DNA from: an uncultured Christensenella sp. | GTDB lineage: Bacteria > Bacillota > Clostridia > Christensenellales > UBA1242 | Assembly (NCBI GenBank): GCA_905203645.1 | Contig: CAJKWP010000001.1 | Location: forward strand, 1-46,364 | Length of the DNA: 46,364 nucleotides | Direction: 5' to 3' | In this document: positions 29,531-38,686 of the stretch, piece by piece | Layout of the letters: every line of letters starts with the position of its first letter | Position numbering within the stretch: the first letter of the stretch is position 1 | Notes under the pieces: model-generated | Database searches by the model: none | The model's input: the letters and a program-made list of their open reading frames with translations, nothing else | Told to the model about the DNA's origin: nothing | Position numbers and translations under genes: made by a program

Positions 29531-30818
29531 AATAATAGGTGCAGGTCTTGCAGGTTGTGAGGCAAGTTTGTTTTTGGCAAATCATGATGTGCAAGTTGAA
29601 TTGTATGAGATGAAACCAAACAAAATGACACCTGCACACAAAAATAAAGATTTTGGAGAACTTGTTTGCAGCAATTCACTGAAAAGTGAAGACGTTTCTA
29701 CTGCAAGCGGACTTTTGAAGAAAGAACTGGAACTTTTGGGTTGTTCGCTTTTGAAAATTGCAAAAGAAACTTCTGTTGAAGCGGGAAGTGCCTTGGCGGT
29801 GGATAGGGAACTTTTTGCAAAAAGCATAACCAATGCTGTTGAATCAAACCCGAATATAAAGGTTTTCAAAAATGTTTGTATAGAGCAATTTGATACAAGT
29901 GAAAATGTGATAATTGCAACAGGTCCCTTGACTGATGACAAATTGTTCAATTTTTTGTCAACTTTATTGGGTGAACAAAATTGTTACTTTTATGATGCAA
30001 TAGCACCAATTATCGAAACTTCGAGCATAGATATGTCAAAAGCATTTTGGGGTAACAGATACAACAAGGGAACCAATGATGGCGACTATCTTAATATTGC
30101 ACTTGACAAAAATCAATATTTGAATTTTTACAATCAACTTATAACTGCTCAAAGGGTAGAGTTAAAATCTTTTGAAAAAGTGTTTGAAGGCTGTATGGCA
30201 GTTGAAGTTATGGCAAAACGAGGTGTAGATGCACTCAGATATGGTCCAATGAAACCAGTTGGGTTTGATCTTCCAACAAAACCTTATGCGGTTTTGCAAC
30301 TGAGAAAAGAGAACAAAGATGCCACAAGTGTCAATATGGTCGGCTTTCAAACAAATTTGATTTTTTCCGAACAAAAAAGAGTATTCAGCTTGTTGCCAGG
30401 CTTGGAAAATGCAAAGTTTTTAAGATATGGTCAGATGCACAGGAACAGTTATATAAATGCTCCAAGTTGTTTGACAGGTTATAGCTCATTAAAGAATTAT
30501 CCAAATATTTTTGTAGCAGGGCAACTTTCTGGCGTAGAAGGTTATATGGAAAGTATAGCGAGTGGCTTGTATTGTGCATACAACATGTTGAGATTTTTGG
30601 ATAACAAACAAAACTATCCGCTTGAAAGAAATACTATGCTTGGGGCTATAATTGATTATATAACTTCTGCAAGTGAGAAAAACTTTCAGCCGATGAATGC
30701 AAATTTTGGAATAATATCTGTTGACAAGCCAATAAAAGATAAAAAAGAAAAGAAAGAATATATACTTGAAAATTCTTTGAAACAAGTTCAAAAATGGAGG
30801 GATGAAGAATGGATTTGA
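29502..30818 (+). CDS. trmFO: methylenetetrahydrofolate--tRNA-(uracil54-C5)-methyltransferase TrmFO (Gid)
   Basis: 438 aa. FAD-binding [12 protein letters not shown]. Conserved topA-trmFO-hslVU order of Firmicutes. Start overlaps the topA end. Confidence 0.92.
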   Translation: MLVNIKKKVKIIGAGLAGCEASLFLANHDVQVELYEMKPNKMTPAHKNKDFGELVCSNSLKSEDVSTASGLLKKELELLGCSLLKIAKETSVEAGSALAVDRELFAKSITNAVESNPNIKVFKNVCIEQFDTSENVIIATGPLTDDKLFNFLSTLLGEQNCYFYDAIAPIIETSSIDMSKAFWGNRYNKGTNDGDYLNIALDKNQYLNFYNQLITAQRVELKSFEKVFEGCMAVEVMAKRGVDALRYGPMKPVGFDLPTKPYAVLQLRKENKDATSVNMVGFQTNLIFSEQKRVFSLLPGLENAKFLRYGQMHRNSYINAPSCLTGYSSLKNYPNIFVAGQLSGVEGYMESIASGLYCAYNMLRFLDNKQNYPLERNTMLGAIIDYITSASEKNFQPMNANFGIISVDKPIKDKKEKKEYILENSLKQVQKWRDEEWI

Positions 30819-31342
30819 AAGGAACAACTATTTGTGCAGTAAGAAAAAATGGTAAGACTGCAATAGCCGGTGATGGACAAGTAACAATGCAACAAAGCGT
30901 TATATTCAAAAACAACGCTGTGAAAGTTCGCAGAATATATAATGACCAAGTTTTGGTTGGATTTGCCGGTGGCGTTGCTGACGCATTCAGTTTGTGCGAA
31001 AGATTTGAAGAAATGCTCAATAAATATTCGGGTAATCTTATGCGCAGTGCAGTTGAACTTGCTCAACTTTGGCGCAGTGACAAGATACTCAGAAAACTTG
31101 AAGCGATGCTTATTGTTGCCGACAAAGAAAGAGTGCTTATTGTTTCTGGTATGGGCGACGTAATTGAACCACAAGATGATATTTGTGCAATCGGTTCTGG
31201 TGGAAATTATGCACTTGCATCTGCAAAAGCACTGGCACAAAATACGGATTTAAGTGCAAAAGAGATTGCAGAAAAATCATTGTATATTGCAAGTGAAATA
31301 TGTGTATTTACAAACAATCACATTATTGTTGAAGAAATTTAA
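30809..31342 (+). CDS. hslV: ATP-dependent protease subunit HslV (ClpQ/CodW)
   Basis: 177 aa. [17 protein letters not shown] and GSGG. Short N-terminal extension before the catalytic Thr, as in CodW. Confidence 0.93.
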   Translation: MDLKGTTICAVRKNGKTAIAGDGQVTMQQSVIFKNNAVKVRRIYNDQVLVGFAGGVADAFSLCERFEEMLNKYSGNLMRSAVELAQLWRSDKILRKLEAMLIVADKERVLIVSGMGDVIEPQDDICAIGSGGNYALASAKALAQNTDLSAKEIAEKSLYIASEICVFTNNHIIVEEI

Positions 31343-31351
31343 GGAGTAGTT

Positions 31352-32659
31352 ATGGATTTGTCACCAAAAGAAATTGTCAATGAACTTGACAAATATATAA
31401 TAGGTCAAAACTCAGCAAAGCGTGCTGTTGCCGTTGCACTTCGCAACAGATACAGGCGTAGCAAACTTCCAAAAGAATTAAGGGAAGAGATTACACCAAA
31501 AAATATAATCATGAAAGGGCCTACTGGCGTTGGTAAAACCGAAATCGCAAGAAGACTTGCGAAACTTGTAAAGGCACCTTTTGTAAAAATCGAAGCAACA
31601 AAGTACACCGAAGTTGGATACGTTGGTCGTGACGTAGAAAGCATGGTAAGAGATCTTGTTGAATTTGCAGTGCGAATGGTAAAAGATGAAAAACAGCACG
31701 AAGTTGAAACAAAAGTAAATCCAGTTGTCGAAAAAATACTTTTGGACAAACTTGTGGAAAAACGTAAAAATGAAAACAGCGTAGATGTCGACAAAGACGC
31801 TTTGTTAAACGGCTTGCGCAAAGGTGATTTCAACAACGAGATTATTGAAGTAGAAGTTATGGAAGCGCCCAAATCCGCAGGCTTGATTGGTGCAGGCATT
31901 GGACCAGAGATAAACATTTCTGATATGTTTGAAGGATTGTTTCCAAAACGTAAATCAAAACGCAAACTTACTGTAAAACAAGCACAAGAAATGCTGTTTA
32001 ACGATGAAGCTGAAAAGCTCATTGATATTGAAAGTGTAAATTCGGAAGCAATCCGTCGTGCAGAAGAAGAAGGTATAATTTTTATTGATGAGATGGACAA
32101 AATAGTCGGCAAGGGGAATGGAACAAATGGACCGGATGTATCCAGAGAAGGTGTCCAACGCGACATACTACCTATTGTAGAAGGTTGTACGGTTGCTACA
32201 AAATATGGAAATGTAAAAACCGATTTTATTTTGTTTATCGCTGCAGGAGCGTTCCATGTTTCAAAGATCGAAGATATGATACCCGAACTTCAAGGACGTT
32301 TTCCTATACGTGTTGACTTGAACTCATTGTTAAAACAGGATTTTGTTGAAATTTTGTCTAAACCTAAAAATGCAATAATAATGCAATATCAATCTTTGCT
32401 TGAAGTAGATAATATTAAACTTAACTTTACAGATGATGCTCTTGACGAAATTGCACAAATTGCTGTGGATGAAAATGAAACAAGTGAAAATATCGGCGCC
32501 AGACGTTTGCATACAATCATGGAACACTTGCTTGAAGATATTTCGTTCAATGCATCGGGAAATCATCCTTTGCTCGAAGTTAAAGTTGATCGAAACTACG
32601 TTAAAAATGCCTTTTCTTCAACACTCAAAAAATACGATTTGAAAAAATATGTTTTATAG
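31352..32659 (+). CDS. hslU: ATP-dependent protease ATPase subunit HslU (ClpY/CodX)
   Basis: 435 aa. Walker A GPTGVGKTEIARRLA, Walker B IIFIDEMDK, PELQGRFP. Confidence 0.96.
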   Translation: MDLSPKEIVNELDKYIIGQNSAKRAVAVALRNRYRRSKLPKELREEITPKNIIMKGPTGVGKTEIARRLAKLVKAPFVKIEATKYTEVGYVGRDVESMVRDLVEFAVRMVKDEKQHEVETKVNPVVEKILLDKLVEKRKNENSVDVDKDALLNGLRKGDFNNEIIEVEVMEAPKSAGLIGAGIGPEINISDMFEGLFPKRKSKRKLTVKQAQEMLFNDEAEKLIDIESVNSEAIRRAEEEGIIFIDEMDKIVGKGNGTNGPDVSREGVQRDILPIVEGCTVATKYGNVKTDFILFIAAGAFHVSKIEDMIPELQGRFPIRVDLNSLLKQDFVEILSKPKNAIIMQYQSLLEVDNIKLNFTDDALDEIAQIAVDENETSENIGARRLHTIMEHLLEDISFNASGNHPLLEVKVDRNYVKNAFSSTLKKYDLKKYVL

Positions 32660-32668
32660 GATATCAAA

Positions 32669-33346
32669 ATGGAAATTTTTGAAAGAGAAATAAAGCTTTT
32701 GGGCTTGGAAAAATTTGAAAAATTGACCAAAAGCAATATTTTGGTTGTTGGAATAGGTGGTGTAGGTGGTTACGTTTGTGAAATGCTTGCAAGATGCGGA
32801 ATTGGAAATTTGAGCATAGTTGATTTTGATACGATTGCTCCTTCAAATATAAACAGGCAAATTATTGCACTTCATTCGACGATAGGAACAAAAAAAACTG
32901 AAGCGTTTGAAAAAAGACTTCTGGATATAAACCCCAATTTGAATTTAAAAATTTTCAGTGAAAGATTGACTGAAAATAATTTTGGTGATATTGTAAATAC
33001 TGATTTTGATTACGTCATCGATGCAATAGATACCTTTGAAAACAAAATTTCTTTGATATGTTATTGCAAAAATAAGGGCATAAACATCATTAGCGCAATG
33101 GGTGCCGGCAATCGTTTTGGAATACCACAATATGTTGTATGTGATATCTACAAAACATCTAACGATGGGCTTGCGAAAAAAGTGCGTAAAGAGCTTAGAA
33201 GTCGTGGCATAAAGGATTTGACAGTTGTTTGCAGCACCGAACCATCAACGCCTGTGAGTGGATGTGTTGGCAGTATCGCTTATCAGCCATCTGTTTGCGG
33301 AATAACACTTGCATCGTACGTTGTGAACAGAATAATAAAGGAGTAA
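32669..33346 (+). CDS. tcdA: ThiF/MoeB-fold protein, probably tRNA threonylcarbamoyladenosine dehydratase
   Basis: 225 aa. VVGIGGVGGYVCEMLAR..G...L.IVDFD..APSNINRQ. Confidence 0.75.
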   Translation: MEIFEREIKLLGLEKFEKLTKSNILVVGIGGVGGYVCEMLARCGIGNLSIVDFDTIAPSNINRQIIALHSTIGTKKTEAFEKRLLDINPNLNLKIFSERLTENNFGDIVNTDFDYVIDAIDTFENKISLICYCKNKGINIISAMGAGNRFGIPQYVVCDIYKTSNDGLAKKVRKELRSRGIKDLTVVCSTEPSTPVSGCVGSIAYQPSVCGITLASYVVNRIIKE

Positions 33347-33351
33347 AAATT

Positions 33352-33663
33352 ATGGAAATAATAACATCTGAACAATTTGAAGAAAAGGTTTTGAAAAACA
33401 AAAAGTTTGTGATTGTTGATTTTTTTGCAAACTGGTGTGGACCTTGCAAGATGCTTATGCCAGTCTTGGAAGAAATTGACCAAGAGTTTGACCAAGTTGA
33501 TATTGTCAAAGTCAATATTGACCAAGATGAAGAACTTGCAAAAAAGTTTGGTGTTTTGAGCATACCAACTTTGATATTTTTCAGCAATGGTGAAGAAGTT
33601 GAAAAGACAATAGGTTACAGGCAAAAATCACAAATTGAAGAAATTATCAAAAGATTTATTTGA
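33352..33663 (+). CDS. trxA: thioredoxin
   Basis: 103 aa from the ATG at 33352. WCGPC active site. Confidence 0.93.
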   Translation: MEIITSEQFEEKVLKNKKFVIVDFFANWCGPCKMLMPVLEEIDQEFDQVDIVKVNIDQDEELAKKFGVLSIPTLIFFSNGEEVEKTIGYRQKSQIEEIIKRFI

Positions 33664-33684
33664 CAAAAACAAGCAATATGTCTA

Positions 33685-33713
33685 TTGACAGTTGCTTTTT
33701 TTGGTGATAAAAT
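33685..33713 (+). promoter_or_regulatory. promoter of nifS-nifU
   Basis: TTGACA (33685-33690), 17 nt, TGaTAAAAT (hexamer 33708-33713). Confidence 0.55.
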
Positions 33714-33732
33714 ATGCTGAAAGGAAAATATT

Positions 33733-34905
33733 ATGGGAAACAGAATTTATCTTGATAATGCGGCAACAACTATGATGTCTGCCGAAGTATTAAACGAAAT
33801 GATGCCATGTTTTTCTGCTGTATATGGCAATGCCAGCAGTGTCCACTCTTTTGGAAGGGAAGCATGTGCAATTGTTGATCGTGCAAGGGACAGGGTTGCA
33901 AAGGCAATCAATGCAAAAAGCAATGAAATTTATTTTACAAGCGGTGGAAGTGAAGCAAACTCTTGGGCAATAAAAGGTCTTGCGCATGCTTATTCTTACA
34001 AGGGCAAACATATCATTACAAGTTCTATTGAACACGAAAGTGTTTTGAACAGTTTGCATCAACTTGAAAAAGAAGGTTTTGAAGTGACATATTTGCCAGT
34101 TGACAAAAACGGCATTGTTTCACTTGCATCACTTATGCACAACATAAGAAAAGATACAATTTTGATATCTATTATGTCTGTTAACAACGAAGTTGGAACA
34201 ATACAAAATATAAAAGCTATTGGAAAAACCGCACACGAAAAAGACATTTTGTTCCACACTGACGCTGTTCAAGCACTTGGTTCTTTGAAAATCGATGTTG
34301 AAGAAATGGAAATTGATGCAATGAGTATGTCAGCACACAAAATTTATGGACCAAAAGGCATCGGTGCATTGTATCTTAAAAATGGAATACAAATTGAAAA
34401 TTTGATTTGCGGTGGAAATCAAGAACGTAAAAAACGTGGCGGAACACTTGATGTTCCAGCTATTGCAGGATTTGGAAAAGCAACTGAAATTGCTTGCAGA
34501 GATCTGTTTGTAAATCAACAAAAACTCAAAACAATAAAACATTATTTCATTTCTCAAGTTATGGAAAAAATACCTTATACAAGTTTGAACGGACATCCAC
34601 AACAAAGTATTGCTGGAACAGTAAATATGTCTTTTGAAATGGCAGAAGGTGAATCAATAATGATGCTTCTTGACTTGGAGGGTATTGCTGTTTCGACTGG
34701 TTCGGCTTGTACATCAGGTTCATTGGAACCTTCACACGTGTTAAAAGCTATGGGACTTGAAGAAGAAGTGGCACAAAGTTCGATAAGATTTTCATTCCCA
34801 AAATCAATAACAAAGGATGAAGTCAACTGCGTTGTAGACGTTCTTGCAAAAGTCGTAAGCAAACTTAGAAGTGTATCCCCAATGAGTGCAAGGAGGAAAA
34901 AATAA
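33733..34905 (+). CDS. nifS: cysteine desulfurase (NifS/IscS class)
   Basis: 390 aa. PLP-lysine motif SAHKIYGPKG and catalytic loop GSACTSGS. Confidence 0.92.
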   Translation: MGNRIYLDNAATTMMSAEVLNEMMPCFSAVYGNASSVHSFGREACAIVDRARDRVAKAINAKSNEIYFTSGGSEANSWAIKGLAHAYSYKGKHIITSSIEHESVLNSLHQLEKEGFEVTYLPVDKNGIVSLASLMHNIRKDTILISIMSVNNEVGTIQNIKAIGKTAHEKDILFHTDAVQALGSLKIDVEEMEIDAMSMSAHKIYGPKGIGALYLKNGIQIENLICGGNQERKKRGGTLDVPAIAGFGKATEIACRDLFVNQQKLKTIKHYFISQVMEKIPYTSLNGHPQQSIAGTVNMSFEMAEGESIMMLLDLEGIAVSTGSACTSGSLEPSHVLKAMGLEEEVAQSSIRFSFPKSITKDEVNCVVDVLAKVVSKLRSVSPMSARRKK

Positions 34906-35297
34906 TGTATAACGACAACGTAATTTCAATTTTCAAAGAATTCAAAAATGTCGGCACAATACAAGGTGCTAACGGAGTGGGAAAAGTATCTGATCCAGTA
35001 TGCGGTGATGTTGTAAAATTGTACTTGAAGATAAATGAAGATGGCATTATTCAAGATGCCAAATTTAAGGCATACGGATGTGTAGGCACACTTGCTTCTA
35101 TGTCAGTTGCAACCGATCTTTTGAAAAGAAAAACAATAACTGAAGCATTGGATATCAAAAATGAACATATTGACAAACAGCTTGGCGGTTTGCCAACCCA
35201 AAAATCTTATTGTGCTGATTTGGCAGAAAAGTCGATTCACGCAAGTATTGAAGATTATTATAAAAGAATAGAAAAATTGCAAAAAGAAGAAAACTAA
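34905..35297 (+). CDS. nifU: Fe-S cluster scaffold NifU/IscU-like protein
   Basis: 130 aa. Three ligand Cys in DPVCGD, YGCVGTLAS and SYCADLA. Start/stop overlap with nifS. Confidence 0.9.
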   Translation: MYNDNVISIFKEFKNVGTIQGANGVGKVSDPVCGDVVKLYLKINEDGIIQDAKFKAYGCVGTLASMSVATDLLKRKTITEALDIKNEHIDKQLGGLPTQKSYCADLAEKSIHASIEDYYKRIEKLQKEEN

Positions 35298-35306
35298 TTG
35301 CATACA

Positions 35307-35337
35307 TAATAAAGGGCGACAAGCTCTTTATTTTTTT
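35307..35337 (+). terminator. rho-independent terminator after nifU
   Basis: AATAAAGGGC (35307-35316) pairs with GCTCTTTATT (35322-35331) with one G-U pair, followed by a T-run. Confidence 0.65.
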
Positions 35338-35384
35338 GTATTTTTTGTCGAATTTTACACATACTATTTTCAGGGAGGTAACCG

Positions 35385-35549
35385 ATGATGAAAGAAAGTA
35401 TGTTGTTTGGTTTGGCTGTGGGAATGGTTGCTGGCGCACTTTTGTTCAAACATTGCGATTCGTGCAAAGATGTTGTAAACAAAGGTGAAAATGCGATAAA
35501 AAAAGAAATCGAAAACATGACTGGTTCAAAAAAGAAAGCAGCAAAATAG
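35385..35549 (+). CDS. unannotated small membrane protein (54 aa)
   Basis: Below the ORF-track size cutoff. GGGAGG RBS at 35373-35378, ATG at 35385. MMKESMLFGLAVGMVAGALLFKHCDSCKDVVNKGENAIKKEIENMTGSKKKAAK. One TM and a charged tail. Its own terminator follows. Confidence 0.55.
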   Translation: MMKESMLFGLAVGMVAGALLFKHCDSCKDVVNKGENAIKKEIENMTGSKKKAAK

Positions 35550-35566
35550 TTTGAATATCTTTTGTG

Positions 35567-35592
35567 AAAAACGGGGGAATACCCGTTTTTTG
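35567..35592 (+). terminator. rho-independent terminator after the small ORF
   Basis: AAAAACGGG (35567-35575), ggaata loop, CCCGTTTTT (35582-35590). Confidence 0.8.
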
Positions 35593-35630
35593 CGTTTTTG
35601 TGTAAACCATGTTTAAAAGTGTTAAAATAT

Positions 35631-35660
35631 TTGACACAAAAATCGCAAAATGGTTATAAT
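35631..35660 (+). promoter_or_regulatory. consensus promoter of ruvX operon
   Basis: TTGACA (35631-35636), 18 nt, TATAAT (35655-35660). Confidence 0.6.
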
Positions 35661-35681
35661 AAAACAAATAGGAGAAAAAGT

Positions 35682-36095
35682 TTGAAAGGTAAAGCAATGG
35701 GAATAGATTATGGCTCGGTACGAATTGGTATTGCCATGTCCGATCCGTTGCGTATAATTTCAAGTCCTTTTGAAACCTATGTGCGCAAAAATATTGATGC
35801 TGATGTTGATTATATTTTGGGTCTTGTCAAAACAAACAATGTTACTACAATTGTTTTTGGAATGCCATTGAATATGGACGGTACCCAAAGTGACACAGGT
35901 ATCGCTGTAAAAGAGTTTGCTCAAAAAATAGCTGAAGGATGCGACTGCGAAATAATCTTTCAGGACGAAAGATTAAGTTCAGTCGAAGCAGAAGAAATTT
36001 TGATACAGGCAAACATAAAAAGGGAGCAGCGTAAGGCAATGATTGACAAAATAGCAGCACAAATAATTTTGCAATCTTTTTTGGAGAGGAGTTAA
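35682..36095 (+). CDS. ruvX: putative pre-16S rRNA nuclease / Holliday junction resolvase-like YqgF
   Basis: GIDYGSVRIGIAMSD, ...DERLSS. Best start is TTG at 35682, 7 nt after AGGAG (35670-35674). An in-frame ATG lies at 35697. The track start at 35598 lies upstream of the promoter. Confidence 0.88.
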   Translation: MKGKAMGIDYGSVRIGIAMSDPLRIISSPFETYVRKNIDADVDYILGLVKTNNVTTIVFGMPLNMDGTQSDTGIAVKEFAQKIAEGCDCEIIFQDERLSSVEAEEILIQANIKREQRKAMIDKIAAQIILQSFLERS

Positions 36096-36096
36096 A

Positions 36097-36426
36097 ATGG
36101 AAAAAGAAAAAGAACAAGAAGCAGTTAATATTTTGGATGTTTTGTTGGATGAAAACAATGATAAACCAATAACACTTTATGATGAAAATGAAAAAGCAGT
36201 AAGGTTTGACCAAGTGGCAATTATTCCATTGGATGAGCAATTGTATGCTATATTGAAACCAATCGATGAAATGGAAGGTGTCGCTGACGACGAAGCAATA
36301 GTATTTTTGGTTGAAGAAGACGAAGATGGAGATGCTGAATTGGTTGTTGAATCTGACGAGGCAAAAGCAATGAAAGTTTTTGATGAATATTACAAATTGC
36401 TTGATGAAGCAGAAAAAAAAGATTAG
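36097..36426 (+). CDS. DUF1292 (YrzB/UPF0473) family protein
   Basis: 109 aa, acidic. ITLYDENEKAVRFDQVAIIPLDEQLYAILKPID. Usual partner downstream of ruvX in Firmicutes. Confidence 0.8.
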   Translation: MEKEKEQEAVNILDVLLDENNDKPITLYDENEKAVRFDQVAIIPLDEQLYAILKPIDEMEGVADDEAIVFLVEEDEDGDAELVVESDEAKAMKVFDEYYKLLDEAEKKD

Positions 36427-36498
36427 TGCATGCATAATATAAACCAAACTGCGCAAAATATCTTTACAAGGTTAAAACCTTGGAGGAGGTAAAAAACT

Positions 36499-36642
36499 AT
36501 GTTTGGTAAGAACAAAAAGAATGCAGAAAAAAGAACAAGAAGTACAACTACTTCAAAGGCTCGTTCTGCTGAAGCCGCTTCTGAAGTAAACAACAGTTGT
36601 TCGGGAAAGGCTAAAAGAACTACAAAAAATTGTTCTAGATAG
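36499..36642 (+). CDS. unannotated small, very basic Ser/Thr/Lys-rich protein (47 aa)
   Basis: Below the ORF-track cutoff. Strong GGAGGAGG RBS (36482-36489), ATG at 36499. MFGKNKKNAEKRTRSTTTSKARSAEAASEVNNSCSGKAKRTTKNCSR. A terminator follows immediately. Confidence 0.5.
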   Translation: MFGKNKKNAEKRTRSTTTSKARSAEAASEVNNSCSGKAKRTTKNCSR

Positions 36643-36652
36643 TTTTTTAAGC

Positions 36653-36690
36653 AAAAATTCACACCAAATCATATTGGTGTGAATTTTTTT
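36653..36690. terminator. bidirectional terminator between the small ORF and the convergent SBP gene
   Basis: AATTCACACCA (36656-36666) pairs with TGGTGTGAATT (36675-36685). A-run before, T-run after. Confidence 0.85.
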
Positions 36691-36701
36691 TTCATGATAA
36701 G

Positions 36702-37715
36702 TTATGCATTGAGTTCTGCTATGACTTCTTCCGCAAAACTGTTGTCAACAATATCTTCAAATTTGACTCTGTTTTTAAGTTCCCCAGCATTCATCATAAC
36801 TGTTTGCAAATAATCAAGTGCACTTTCTTTCATAACGGGTGTCGTATTCCATGCGTCAACTGCGATATAACTTTTGATTGAAGTTACTATCGAAGAACGT
36901 GAACTTGCAGTAAATGATGGCTCTAAAGCATCTGCTATTTGGTCAACAGTTGCAGTTGTCAAAAATCTGTAACCACGAATAACCGCTTTCAAGAAGGATT
37001 TGATTTTTGCTGGATTTTTTTGCAAATATTTTTGGTTTGCCATAAAGCAGGTGTATGGGATTTCACCACTTTCTTGACCAACACTTGCAACAATATGTCC
37101 TTTGCCTTGTGCAACCAAATCGCTTGCAGTTGGTTCAAACAATGTGCAATATTGAGCTTCGGTCGAATCATAAACACTTGCAGTAAGATTGAATTCAACG
37201 TCAGTACGCAAGTTTACTTGATCAGCGCCAGTACCAATTTGCAAACCAGCGATTTGTTCTATGACATATTGAAGTGTCATAGCGGGAACACCGCCACGTC
37301 TGCCACCAATAACAGTTTTTCCAATCAAATCTGTCCATTGGAAGTTGTTTGTGTCTGTTTTGCAAACCAAGAATGAACCATCACGTTTGGTCAGTTGCCC
37401 AAAAATTTTTGGTTGGTTTAAAGTTTCACCATTTGCAACGTATACCGCAGTTTCAGGTCCAAGCAGTGCGACATCCGCTTCGCCACTCAACAGGGCAGTC
37501 ATCGAATTGTTTGATCCACCACCGTTGGTCAATTTGATTTTCAAACCTTCCTGTTCAAAGTATCCAAGATTTATTGCTACGTACAAGGGGGCGTAGAAGA
37601 TACTGTGAGTGGTTTCATTCAGCCTGATAACATTGTCGTCTTTCTTGCATCCTACAATGCCAAAAGAAAAAAATGTCAAAATCAGCGCCAAAATTATTGT
37701 TGTTAATTTTTTCAT
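36702..37715 (-). CDS. ABC-transporter substrate-binding lipoprotein, NMT1/THI5-like (nitrate/sulfonate/bicarbonate-type fold)
   Basis: 337 aa from the ATG at 37715 (RBS AAAGGAGAA). Signal peptide with lipobox FGIVGC. SBP-like body. No permease or ATPase gene adjacent. Confidence 0.7.
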   Translation of the reverse strand: MKKLTTIILALILTFFSFGIVGCKKDDNVIRLNETTHSIFYAPLYVAINLGYFEQEGLKIKLTNGGGSNNSMTALLSGEADVALLGPETAVYVANGETLNQPKIFGQLTKRDGSFLVCKTDTNNFQWTDLIGKTVIGGRRGGVPAMTLQYVIEQIAGLQIGTGADQVNLRTDVEFNLTASVYDSTEAQYCTLFEPTASDLVAQGKGHIVASVGQESGEIPYTCFMANQKYLQKNPAKIKSFLKAVIRGYRFLTTATVDQIADALEPSFTASSRSSIVTSIKSYIAVDAWNTTPVMKESALDYLQTVMMNAGELKNRVKFEDIVDNSFAEEVIAELNA

Positions 37716-37826
37716 GCAGTTTTCTCCTTTATCATAAGTCAGTGTATGATTTTGGCATATTTTGTGTGAATCATGCATAATGCAATGGTATAAAACAAAA
37801 AATTTTAATTATTTTTAAATTAACAC

Positions 37827-37855
37827 TTGAAATATGGATTATTATTTGATATAAT
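37827..37855 (+). promoter_or_regulatory. promoter of the small membrane protein gene
   Basis: TTGAAA (37827-37832), 17 nt, TGaTATAAT (hexamer 37850-37855). Confidence 0.6.
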
Positions 37856-37880
37856 TTTTAAGACTATAAAGGAGTGAAGT

Positions 37881-38120
37881 ATGAATTTGATACTTGGAAC
37901 CAATACTTTGATTGATTTTTTGTCACAAGAACTTGTAATAGTAGGTATCTGTCTTGCGGCAGTAGGAGTAGCTTTTGCTTTGCTTGCAAAACGAATTGCT
38001 AAAGTTGTAAGAAAATCAAGTGAAATACAACCAACGGATACAGTTATGCTTGGCTTTAAAGCTTTTGGTCTTGTATGTATTGTTGTTGCACTTTTGTTGA
38101 TAATTTTTGCAATAAACTGA
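37881..38120 (+). CDS. hypothetical small two-TM membrane protein
   Basis: 79 aa. AAAGGAG RBS. Two hydrophobic helices separated by a KRIAKVVRKSSE loop. Own promoter and terminator. Confidence 0.6.
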   Translation: MNLILGTNTLIDFLSQELVIVGICLAAVGVAFALLAKRIAKVVRKSSEIQPTDTVMLGFKAFGLVCIVVALLLIIFAIN

Positions 38121-38137
38121 AAACCAATGATTTTGGG

Positions 38138-38168
38138 AAACACAGGTGAGAATGCCTGTGTTTTTTGT
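38138..38168 (+). terminator. rho-independent terminator
   Basis: AAACACAGG (38138-38146), tgagaatg loop, CCTGTGTTT (38155-38163), then a T-run. Confidence 0.85.
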
Positions 38169-38172
38169 TTGT

Positions 38173-38199
38173 AAAAAAAGTATTCTTAAAAAGAATACT
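38173..38199 (-). terminator. rho-independent terminator of the kinase-rnhA operon
   Basis: AGTATTCTT (38179-38187) pairs with AAGAATACT (38191-38199). The A-run at 38173-38179 gives the T-run on the - strand. Confidence 0.6.
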
Positions 38200-38229
38200 C
38201 TTAAAAAAACTTTTTTTGTTATTGATAAA

Positions 38230-38679
38230 TTAAACTTCAGTCTTTCTCAACTTTTCAATTTCGCCACGTGCAAGCATATCGCAAAGATTGTTCATTTGAT
38301 TGTCACTGTGTCCTTTTACTTTGTGCCATGTGACGTTATGGGTGTGGGTGAGTGCAATCAACTTTTGCCAAAGTTCAACGTTTTTAACTGGGTCTTTGCC
38401 TTTTGTTTTCCAATTATTCAAAACCCAAGATGAAATCCAATCTTGCAAAAATGCATTGACAACATAAGCCGAATCGCTGTACAAATCAACGTTGCAAGGT
38501 TGATTCAATGCTTCCAAAGCCTTTATGACTGCCAAAAGTTCCATGCGATTGTTTGTTGTTTGATTTTCGCCACCGCTTAGTCTTTTTTCGGTTCCATTGT
38601 ACAAAAGCACACAAGCCCAGCCACCAAGTCCTGGATTGCCACTGCACGCACCATCGGTGTAAATTTGTATATTTTTCAT
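38230..38679 (-). CDS. rnhA: ribonuclease HI
   Basis: 149 aa. IYTDGACSGNPG.GGWA, TNNRMEL, YSDSAYV, W.KVKGHSD. Confidence 0.93.
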   Translation of the reverse strand: MKNIQIYTDGACSGNPGLGGWACVLLYNGTEKRLSGGENQTTNNRMELLAVIKALEALNQPCNVDLYSDSAYVVNAFLQDWISSWVLNNWKTKGKDPVKNVELWQKLIALTHTHNVTWHKVKGHSDNQMNNLCDMLARGEIEKLRKTEV

Positions 38680-38686
38680 ATTGTGA

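Noticed and set aside
31405-32166. 253-aa ORF on the - strand, the longest unexplained ORF in the track
   Set aside because: It lies entirely antisense to hslU, whose identity is unambiguous (Walker A/B motifs). The product is Ser/Phe/Thr low-complexity, typical of the mirror frame of a Lys/Glu-rich gene. No RBS.
35845-36456. 203-aa - strand ORF
   Set aside because: Antisense to ruvX and the DUF1292 gene. It is Phe/Ile/Cys-rich nonsense, typical of AT-rich antisense frames.
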